A stretch of 64,000 bases of DNA from an uncultured Verrucomicrobiota bacterium (GTDB lineage: Bacteria; Verrucomicrobiota; Verrucomicrobiia; Limisphaerales; UBA9464): the NCBI GenBank assembly GCA_964525755.1, contig CAZGIK010000003.1:50279-114278 (forward strand). The letters run 5' to 3'. Below the pieces are notes generated by a model. The model was not told where the DNA came from. It saw nothing but the letters and a program-made list of their open reading frames with translations, and did no database searches. This document shows positions 56,771 through 64,000 of this stretch, piece after piece; the stretch's first letter is position 1; every line of letters begins with the position of its first letter. A program made the translations under genes and the position numbers.

Positions 56771-59700
56771 TCAGGGGATCACCCGGACCCGGAAGTAGTA
56801 CGGGATCCGCGCATCCAGCGCCGGCAGGGTGACCTGCTGGTCCGATCCGTCGCCGTACACGAGTTCCGAGTAGGGGATCCAGTCGACGAGATCCTGGCTG
56901 CCCTCGAGGAGGTATTCGCGATCGGGCCGGGTGTTCCACGACACCCGGACGGTCCGGTTGGGGAGTTCCGCCGGTGCCTCCACCCGGAGGAAGGAGTCCG
57001 GGTCCGACGGATCCGTCCCAGCCTGGAACTCCCGCAGGTCGCTCATCCCGTCGAGATCGGAGTCCGTCCCGGCCGGACGCGGATCGGTGTTGCCGAGGAA
57101 CTCGATCTCCCAGAGGTCGGAGATGCCGTTCCGGTTGTCGTCGGGGAAGGTGTAGGTGCCGGCGAAGACGAGGGCGTTGGTGGTCCCGCCCAGTTGACCG
57201 GACTGCGGGGGCGGGGTGACGTGGAAGGGCACCGGCTGCCAGGTAATGGTGTAGTCGCCCGGGGGCACGTTGGTGGGGAAATGCCGGCCCCGGCCGGCGA
57301 TCAGGGCCGGTCCGTCGAGGTGGAACCGGGCCTGGGCGAGGTTGTTCGACACCACGAGGAGCGTTGACGGGACCGTGTTGATGTCGACCCCGATGTCATC
57401 GATCAGCCAGCCGAGGCGGTCGATGGCGCTGAAGCTGAACATCTGGTAGTTGAACCGGAAGCGGACGACCCGGCCGAGGTACCGGGAGATGTCGATCTCG
57501 ACCTCCTCCCATCCGTCCGACGCCTCCTCCGGGTTGGCCCAGAGGGCGTTCCAGCTGGCGCCGTTGTCGGCCGACACGGCGATCTGGGCGATCTCCAGGC
57601 TGAAGTCGGCGAAGTCGTCGCCGGTGGACGGGGTGGTGAAGTCGTAGTGATGCCAGAAGCGGAGGGTGGCGCGGTTGCCGCCGAGGAGGCTCACGGCGGG
57701 GCTGACGAGGTCGGTGATGGCGAGGTCGACGACCTCGCCGCCGAGGTTGGTACCCCAGCAGTTGGTGCCGGAGCGGGCGGTGACGCCGAAGCGGTTCACC
57801 GGACGCCCGTACTGCCAGGCCGAGTTGAGGAAGGCGCCGGAATCCTCCTCGTCGTCGAAGAACCCCCCGGTGAGCCCGTCGTCGTTGAACACCGCCCAGC
57901 CCGTCCGTCCGGACTCGAGGTCGTCGACCCACGGCGGGGTGACCGGACGGAGGGTCCGCAGGCGGTGGAGCGCCCCGTCGTTGTCGTCGACCGCCGCGTT
58001 GCCCGCAGCGTCGCGGCTGACCACCTGGTAGTAGTAGTCCCGGTCGGGGATCAGTCCGGTGAGGAGCACCTCGTGGTAGGTGGCCAGCTCGGCGCTGTAG
58101 GCGGTGCGGGTGAGGAACGTGGGGTCGCCGGGACTCTCGCCGTACCGCACCAGCGCGTCCGACGGCTTGTCCGTCTCCCAGAACACATAGGCCTCGTTGT
58201 ACGAGGGCTCGTGATCCACGCCGAAGGCGGCGGGCGCCACGGTGTCGACCGCCGCGAAGGTGCCGGCGGTGCGGCCGGCGTCGTCGAGATAGACGGCGTC
58301 GATCCGGTCGCCGTGCGCGGCGGGCAGCCGCGGGACGGCCTCCCCCGGCGGCAGCGGCGGACCGGCGGGCGCCGCACCCGGCGGCCGGTCGACCAGCACC
58401 AGCCGTCCCCGGAAGATGCCGGGCACCGGGGTGGCGAAGCACTCGACCGTCACCGGTCCCGCCTGGCCGGCGACCGACACCCCGACCGGCACCGAGGTCT
58501 CGCCGATGCGCCGGGCGTCGGTCACCTCGACCACCGCCGAGGCGGGGATGGTGTACGCGATGCGGTCGAAGGCGACGGTGGAGATGCCCCCGAGGCCCGG
58601 CAGGAGGAACTCGAGGGCGTTGCCCAGCACGGTGGCGCGGTTGTCGGGTGCGGGGGCGTCCGCCGGGACCGCCTCGAGGGGGAAGGAGAAGTAGACCACG
58701 CGGCCCCGGCTGTCGCTGCCGGTCCGAGGATGCCGCAACCCGACCACCCGCCCGTCCTCCTGCAGGAACACCGGGGCGGCATTGGTGGACACCTGGAGGT
58801 GGTCGGGGCCGTCCTCCCAGACGATCCCGAGGATGTCGATGAAGAACCCGCTGGGGAACGCCTGGTAGTCGAGTCCGATGGTGGCCCCGCTCCCGACCGG
58901 ATCCCCCGGCACGCTTTCGACGAACGTGGCGCCCTGGTCGACCAGGTACTCGTCCACGTGCAGCACCCGACGCCGGAAGTCCTCCTGCTGTTGTTCGTCG
59001 AGGCGCGAGAGGAGGTCGAAGGACGCGATGAAGAGGGATCCGCCGGCGTCGGCGTAGGCGGTGAGGGCCGCGATCAGCCCCGGGGGCGGGGACTGGAGTT
59101 CCTCCGGCCGCCACAGCACGAGGCGGTAGGGCTTGAGGTCCTCGAAGCGGGGGGCGACACCCCGTGCCCCGGTGTCCCAGACCTCGTAGTCGACCCCGAG
59201 CTGGTCGAGGGTGTCGGTCCAGGTCTCCGGCCCGGGGTAGGGCGACTCGCTGAGGATCCCGTCGGGTCCGAAGATGGCCTCGGGACTGTAGACCAGCAGG
59301 GCGGTGGGGGTGCGGGGGCCGACGAACCGGAACATCCGGCCGCCGTTGTCGTTGGTGCTGGTGTTCCCGGCCGGGTCGGTCGAGACGACGTGGAACAGGT
59401 AGGTCTCGCCCGGGGTCACCGCGGGCAGCTCGACGCGGTGGCGCTGCCGGAAGGCGGGATCGGACACCACCTGGGTGACGGCGTTGGAGGGGCCGAAGAC
59501 CACCCGGGAGTTCGCCGGTTCGCCGGTGAGCCAGGTGATGCCGACCCGGCCGAACTGCCCGGCGGCGACCACGTCCGAAATCGCTGGCGGCTGGGCGTCG
59601 ACCATCGCCGTCGCCCGACGTTCCCCGGGCGGGTCCGCATCCACATACACCGCCGTGAGCACGTCGCCGTCCACGCCGCTGAGGAGTCCGTCGGCCGGAT

Positions 59701-62044
59701 CGGCCGGGGCGTCGGTGATGTCGATCGTCCCGGTGAAGGTCCCCCCGTTCCCGGCCGGTTGCAGGGTGACCGTCAGGCCGTCCGGTTCACGCGGGCCGGA
59801 CACCCGCACGGCGACCGACGTGTTCCCGGTGAGCTGCTGGTCGACCACCCGGAGCAGGGCGGTGGCGGGGGAGCGGTAGGCGGGGCGGTCCCACGAGACC
59901 ACGCCCTCGCCGGGGGCGGGCAGCTGGCCGGAGACCACGAGGGCGAAGTCCTGGCCGGGGGTGGGGGTGGGCCCGCCGCGGATGTCCTGGACCACGTTCA
60001 CGCCGCGGACCCGGACCACGTACTCCCCGGCGATCGGGGTGGAGAGGTGGACCGCCTCGACGTTGTTGATCGGGTCCCCCACCGGCGTGCCGGCGACCGA
60101 CTCGCCGTCGGCGAAGGCATTGCCGCGGTAGAGGATGCCGTTGGGGTCGACGACCTCGAGGTCGAGGTCGTTGACCAGGGCCGGGATGGCGGCGGGGAGG
60201 CCGGGGACGTCGGTGTAGACCAGGGTGACCTTGAGGGTGTCGTCCGGGCCGACCACCACCCGGCGCTCGAAGACGTCGCCGGAGGCGAGGACCGGCCCCT
60301 GGTCGGTGAACTCGTGGCGGCGGTCGGAATCGATCAGGTTCTCCAGGTCGATCCGACCCCATCCCTCGTCGTTGTTCGGCACCGGCCCGGTGTCCCCGAC
60401 CACGACGCCCGGGTCGAAGGGATCGTCGATGTCGCCCGGGACCACGCCGGTGGACATGTCGATGGCCGAGTTGATGAGGGCGGCCTTGACGAGGGCGGGC
60501 GACGGGGTGAGGCCGCCGCGGGTGGTGCGGTACCACTGGATGAACACCGCGCAGGCGCCGCTGGCGTGGGGGCCGGACTGGGAGGTGCCGCCCTGGTAGA
60601 GGTAGTACTCGTCGATCGGCGACCAGGCGTTCTCCTCGCCCGAGGCGGCGGACTTGAGGGAGGCGATCCACGTGCCGGGGGCGACGATGTCCGGCTTGAT
60701 CCGGCCGTCCTCGGCCGGGCCGCGGCTGGAGAAGTCGGCCATCACCTCGGGGCCGGAATCGTAGATGCCGAAGGTGTAGCGGCTGTTCTCGGTGGCGCCG
60801 GTGGCGATCACGTTCTTGGCCACCGCCGGGGTGCCGATGGTCTGCCCGCCCGGGCCGGAGTTGCCGGCGCTGAACTCGAGGACGTACTGCTGGTCGCCCG
60901 GGGTGACCGCGTCGGCATCGCGCACCAGTGCGTCGAATTCCGCCGCGGTCAGGTCGTACCTGCCCTGGGTGTCGTCACCCCAGGAGTTGGATCCCACGTA
61001 GGCGCCGGCCCGGACGGCGTCGCGTGTCAGGTGCTCGAAGGAGGGCGGCGGGCGGTAGTTGCCCTGCCCGTCGAAGATCCGCTGGGCGACGATGTGGGCC
61101 CCGGGGGCGACCCCGAGTCCGTAGAGGAACCCCTCCTCGTCCGTGGTTCCCACGGCCGCGTTGCCGGCGACGATCCCCGCCACGTGGGTGCCGTGGCTGT
61201 GTTCGTCCGAGGCGTCCGGCAGGTTGTCGTAGGCGAACAGGGCGTCGACCCGTCCCTCCAGGTCCGGGTGCATGAACTCCAGGTCGCCGAGGTCGAGCCC
61301 GGAGTCCGCGACCGCCACGGTGACCCCGGCGCCGTCGAACCCGAGCTGATGCACCGCCGCCCGCGTGCCGGCCTCGAAGTCGTCGCCGGCCACGATCTTG
61401 GTCGCGATCTCGTCGAAGAGCCGCATGCGTCGGGCGGGCTCGATCCACACCACCGCCGACGAGCCGGCCAGTCGCCAGAGGCGCCGGGCGTCGACCGTTC
61501 CCTCGGCGAAGGTGCCCACGGCGAACTGCCGCAGGCGGGTGGTCCCGCGGAGCTGCCGGGCGACGGCGGCCTTCCCGGCGGGGGTCACCCCGGGGTGGAG
61601 GAGCAGCCGCACCGGCACCTCGCCGCCGCCGGCCGCCCGAAGGATCGAGGCGAGGTCGGCATCGACCTTGTGACGGGGTTCGAACGGGCCGAGCCATCGG
61701 ATGAACGGCAGGGCGCGGATGGCCTCCGGACGGGCGCCGGAGAGGCGGGCGATGAAGGCGTTCTCGGGGATGAAGTGCAGCAGTTCGACCCCCAGGGGTG
61801 CCAGCGCCTCCCGTCCGGCCGGATCGGGGCGTCCCTCGAACTGGACCAGGAAGAGCCCGTCGACCGTCGTCTCCCCGACGGCGGCCCGCGCCGCGGCCCG
61901 GGAACGGTCGGGTTCGGGTGTCTCGATGCTCCCGTTGCGCAGACGGATGGCCGGCCCTGCCATCGCCATCCCCCCGCCGGATCCCGGGTCCGCCGCCAGC
62001 AGCCCGAGCAGCAGCAGGACCAGGAGGGCGGGGACACGGTTCAT
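56771..62044 (-). CDS. Secreted multidomain S8 subtilase (1757 aa)
   Basis: Triad VAVADSG, HSHGTHVAG, GGTSQS; oxyanion FSAGNSG; two FN3-like repeats (WLTGEPANSRV, WETDKPSDALVRYG); jelly-roll WGTN..LVSP..LRFWHHY; DSDLDGMSD repeat; C-terminal tail ending YYFRVRVIP. Confidence 0.92.
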   Translation of the reverse strand: MNRVPALLVLLLLGLLAADPGSGGGMAMAGPAIRLRNGSIETPEPDRSRAAARAAVGETTVDGLFLVQFEGRPDPAGREALAPLGVELLHFIPENAFIARLSGARPEAIRALPFIRWLGPFEPRHKVDADLASILRAAGGGEVPVRLLLHPGVTPAGKAAVARQLRGTTRLRQFAVGTFAEGTVDARRLWRLAGSSAVVWIEPARRMRLFDEIATKIVAGDDFEAGTRAAVHQLGFDGAGVTVAVADSGLDLGDLEFMHPDLEGRVDALFAYDNLPDASDEHSHGTHVAGIVAGNAAVGTTDEEGFLYGLGVAPGAHIVAQRIFDGQGNYRPPPSFEHLTRDAVRAGAYVGSNSWGDDTQGRYDLTAAEFDALVRDADAVTPGDQQYVLEFSAGNSGPGGQTIGTPAVAKNVIATGATENSRYTFGIYDSGPEVMADFSSRGPAEDGRIKPDIVAPGTWIASLKSAASGEENAWSPIDEYYLYQGGTSQSGPHASGACAVFIQWYRTTRGGLTPSPALVKAALINSAIDMSTGVVPGDIDDPFDPGVVVGDTGPVPNNDEGWGRIDLENLIDSDRRHEFTDQGPVLASGDVFERRVVVGPDDTLKVTLVYTDVPGLPAAIPALVNDLDLEVVDPNGILYRGNAFADGESVAGTPVGDPINNVEAVHLSTPIAGEYVVRVRGVNVVQDIRGGPTPTPGQDFALVVSGQLPAPGEGVVSWDRPAYRSPATALLRVVDQQLTGNTSVAVRVSGPREPDGLTVTLQPAGNGGTFTGTIDITDAPADPADGLLSGVDGDVLTAVYVDADPPGERRATAMVDAQPPAISDVVAAGQFGRVGITWLTGEPANSRVVFGPSNAVTQVVSDPAFRQRHRVELPAVTPGETYLFHVVSTDPAGNTSTNDNGGRMFRFVGPRTPTALLVYSPEAIFGPDGILSESPYPGPETWTDTLDQLGVDYEVWDTGARGVAPRFEDLKPYRLVLWRPEELQSPPPGLIAALTAYADAGGSLFIASFDLLSRLDEQQQEDFRRRVLHVDEYLVDQGATFVESVPGDPVGSGATIGLDYQAFPSGFFIDILGIVWEDGPDHLQVSTNAAPVFLQEDGRVVGLRHPRTGSDSRGRVVYFSFPLEAVPADAPAPDNRATVLGNALEFLLPGLGGISTVAFDRIAYTIPASAVVEVTDARRIGETSVPVGVSVAGQAGPVTVECFATPVPGIFRGRLVLVDRPPGAAPAGPPLPPGEAVPRLPAAHGDRIDAVYLDDAGRTAGTFAAVDTVAPAAFGVDHEPSYNEAYVFWETDKPSDALVRYGESPGDPTFLTRTAYSAELATYHEVLLTGLIPDRDYYYQVVSRDAAGNAAVDDNDGALHRLRTLRPVTPPWVDDLESGRTGWAVFNDDGLTGGFFDDEEDSGAFLNSAWQYGRPVNRFGVTARSGTNCWGTNLGGEVVDLAITDLVSPAVSLLGGNRATLRFWHHYDFTTPSTGDDFADFSLEIAQIAVSADNGASWNALWANPEEASDGWEEVEIDISRYLGRVVRFRFNYQMFSFSAIDRLGWLIDDIGVDINTVPSTLLVVSNNLAQARFHLDGPALIAGRGRHFPTNVPPGDYTITWQPVPFHVTPPPQSGQLGGTTNALVFAGTYTFPDDNRNGISDLWEIEFLGNTDPRPAGTDSDLDGMSDLREFQAGTDPSDPDSFLRVEAPAELPNRTVRVSWNTRPDREYLLEGSQDLVDWIPYSELVYGDGSDQQVTLPALDARIPYYFRVRVIP

Positions 62045-62129
62045 GGGTGAGAGGCTAGCCAGTCGCGTGCCGGAAACAAGGCGACCTCATGGACAGCCGA
62101 TGTCCGACCCCGTGCGGCAGGATGCGGGC

Positions 62130-62285
62130 ATGAAACGCGAACTTCGTGGCGGGCCCCGCCGGCAGCTCGACCTCTCCCTCCCGGCCGTCCCGCCGAGTGT
62201 CCGGCGCCCCCGTCGGCCCTGCTCGCGGGAGCGGGCGGCCTGGTGGTTCGACCAGATGCGCCGGGCGGCGGGCGGGGAGTCGTGA
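62130..62285 (+). CDS. Small basic hypothetical protein (51 aa)
   Basis: MKRELRGGPRRQLDLSLPAVPPSVRRPRRPCSRERAAWWFDQMRRAAGGES fills the gap between two minus-strand genes. Confidence 0.5.
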   Translation: MKRELRGGPRRQLDLSLPAVPPSVRRPRRPCSRERAAWWFDQMRRAAGGES

Positions 62286-62345
62286 CCCGCGGACGCGAGC
62301 CGCGGGGGCGGGAAGGTCAGGCCCGGGCTCCGGGACGACCTCGGG

Positions 62346-63815
62346 TCAGTGACCCGGGTTGGCCACCGGGCCGACCCGGAAGTAGCAGGCGTCGGCCGAC
62401 AGCGGCCGGGTGGTGATCCCCGGGCTGGCGGGATCGGTGGGGACCGGTTCCCAGGGGCCGTGCAGCGGGTCGGGGGCCGTCTCCAGGGCGAGCTCGGGCG
62501 GCCAGGACAGGGTGATGCCCGCCCGGGACCGGGAGAGGCGCAGGGCCGGATCGTCCCGTCGTCGCAGGGCGTGGACCAGGGTGTGGCGGGCGACGGCCCG
62601 GCCGAGTTCCCCCCCGGCCCGGTTGGCGCTCTGGAAGTGGATCCCGCCGTAGATCCGGCTGATGCCCGCCTCGTCGGCCGCCTCGGAGAAGCTTCCGAAG
62701 GCCCGTTCCACCCCCGAGAGTCCGTCGGATTCCAGCGCGAACGCGAACCGGTCGTCGCCGTTGACGTGGGCCAGCACGGCCGCCGCGGCGGCGCTGAACG
62801 TGCTGTGCCCGGAGACGTACTCGGGAAAGGGCGGGGTGTCGACCAGCGGGAGCCAGCCGGCATCGGACTGCGTGGCGGGATGTCCGTCCCCGGCTGCGGC
62901 CCGGATGGCGGTGACCGGCCGCCACCCGTCGTGGGCATACTTCGAGTCCCAGGTCGCGATCGCCGCGTCGGCCAGGGCGAGGTTGAGCACGGCGAAGACG
63001 CGGGCGGTCTCGACCAGGTCCCCGTTCCCCCGGGACGCCATCCACAACCGGGCGATCCGGTTCCAGTGCCCCGGCGGGGTGACGGTTCCGGGACCGTCGG
63101 CCCAGAACCGGGCGATCGCGGTCTGGTCGGGTGTCCGAAGGGTGCTGTCGCGGGCCCCGAGGCGGCGGACCTCCTCGAACTCCGCGGCCCAGGCGTCGGT
63201 GGCCGGCGGCGGGGGCGGTCCGGGCCGGAAGGCGTCGGGCCGCGGGAGCAGGAACGGCATCATCACCGCCCATTGGGGCAGGAGGGCGCTGTCGAAGAGG
63301 GGCGGGGTGGGTTCCCACCGGCCCGGCCCCGGCGAGGGCCGGTGGTCGATCCCGCGCTGGGATCCGTCGAACTCCCGCTCGCGGATCAGGTCGAGCGCCA
63401 CGGCCCGGCCCCAGGCCACCCCGTCCCGGACGGGGTTCCCGCCGGGTATCGCGGCGAGTTCCGCCTGGAGCGCGGCGTCGAAGGCGATGGTGAACGCCGG
63501 CCACGCGTGGCGCAGGACCTGGTTGGCGGCGGCCGCGGCGGCGGCCGGGGCCGAGGCCCCGGCCGGGGGCGTGCCGTGGTCGCGGTGGTTCCGGTAGGGC
63601 CCGCCGAGGGCGTTCACGGCGTCGAACTGCGCCAGGTGCAGGATCGCCAGCCAGCGCGAGGCGGCGGGGGGCGGGGTGTTGGAGAAGCGCACCGCCTCGA
63701 CAGCGTCCCGGTTCGCCCGCTCGACCGGCGTCTCCGCCGCCAGCGACGTCCCGCCGGCCGCGAGCCCCAGGCACGCCGCGTACACGGCCACCGTCCGATG
63801 GAGGAAGGGGGGCAT
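62346..63815 (-). CDS. Secreted vanadium-dependent haloperoxidase / PAP2-superfamily protein
   Basis: WDSKYAHDGWRP; TPPFPEYVSGHS; SRIYGGIHF; signal peptide. Confidence 0.88.
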   Translation of the reverse strand: MPPFLHRTVAVYAACLGLAAGGTSLAAETPVERANRDAVEAVRFSNTPPPAASRWLAILHLAQFDAVNALGGPYRNHRDHGTPPAGASAPAAAAAAANQVLRHAWPAFTIAFDAALQAELAAIPGGNPVRDGVAWGRAVALDLIREREFDGSQRGIDHRPSPGPGRWEPTPPLFDSALLPQWAVMMPFLLPRPDAFRPGPPPPPATDAWAAEFEEVRRLGARDSTLRTPDQTAIARFWADGPGTVTPPGHWNRIARLWMASRGNGDLVETARVFAVLNLALADAAIATWDSKYAHDGWRPVTAIRAAAGDGHPATQSDAGWLPLVDTPPFPEYVSGHSTFSAAAAAVLAHVNGDDRFAFALESDGLSGVERAFGSFSEAADEAGISRIYGGIHFQSANRAGGELGRAVARHTLVHALRRRDDPALRLSRSRAGITLSWPPELALETAPDPLHGPWEPVPTDPASPGITTRPLSADACYFRVGPVANPGH

Positions 63816-63818
63816 CGG

Positions 63819-64000
63819 TCAGCGCCCGCGGGGCGTCAGGGCGGCGGTGGGGACGGGGGTCGACTCCAGGGGACCCCAGGCGTCGCCCGCCTCGACCCGG
63901 TGCCGGTGGCTGGTCCCGAGATGCCCGGTCACCCAGTTGTCGCCCCAGGCGAACACCACGCCGTCGGCCCGCAGCGCGAGGGTGAAGTCGTTCCCGGCTG
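63819..64000 (-). CDS. 3' end of an RCC1-repeat protein (runs off the window)
   Basis: AGNDFTLALRADGVVFAWGDN..GHLG, followed by a stop at 63819-63821. Confidence 0.7.
   Translation of the reverse strand, partial: AGNDFTLALRADGVVFAWGDNWVTGHLGTSHRHRVEAGDAWGPLESTPVPTAALTPRGR

Noticed and set aside
57647-62050. 1467-aa plus-strand ORF, and similar long ORFs at 20721-24698, 16581-20636, 34032-36749 and 7473-9596
   Set aside because: Antisense or alternate-frame shadows of well-supported genes. High GC3 suppresses stop codons, and the translations are low-complexity with no motifs.

Overview
High-GC bacterial chromosome segment, most consistent with Verrucomicrobiota (Pedosphaera/Limisphaera-like). 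The evidence is two PEP-CTERM proteins, a planctomycete-type cytochrome c domain, an ECF sigma factor with a long C-terminal extension, and verrucomicrobial-type RHS and secreted-protein tails. About 52 plausible CDS are present. Housekeeping genes include a Rep/UvrD helicase, purQ, purS, addA, panB, corA, an rlmI-like methyltransferase, apgM and lipA. Signalling and envelope genes include FecR, a CHASE2 adenylate cyclase, a sigma-54 two-component pair, an L,D-transpeptidase, GT39, CotH, a 1757-aa S8 protease and a vanadium haloperoxidase. No rRNA, tRNA, CRISPR array, integrase or transposase was seen. The most unusual signals are: (1) a family of GTAG/GGAG-type palindromic repeats assembled into a ~760-bp modular, circularly permuted unit that occurs empty at 40.2-41.0 kb and filled with a ~755-bp lower-GC cargo at 25.0-26.3 kb; (2) two repeat-flanked genes that look like catalytically dead proteases (S26 and M48 folds); (3) a VTC-domain/DUF4956/HlyD operon; (4) an uncharacterised nucleotidyltransferase two-gene module; (5) a tandem thymidylate-kinase-like pair next to sbtAB; and (6) a 180-bp MITE translated as the C-terminus of an alpha-E protein. 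All family assignments come from motif recognition by eye, not database searches. Start codons were adjusted from the ORF track where a better start was evident.
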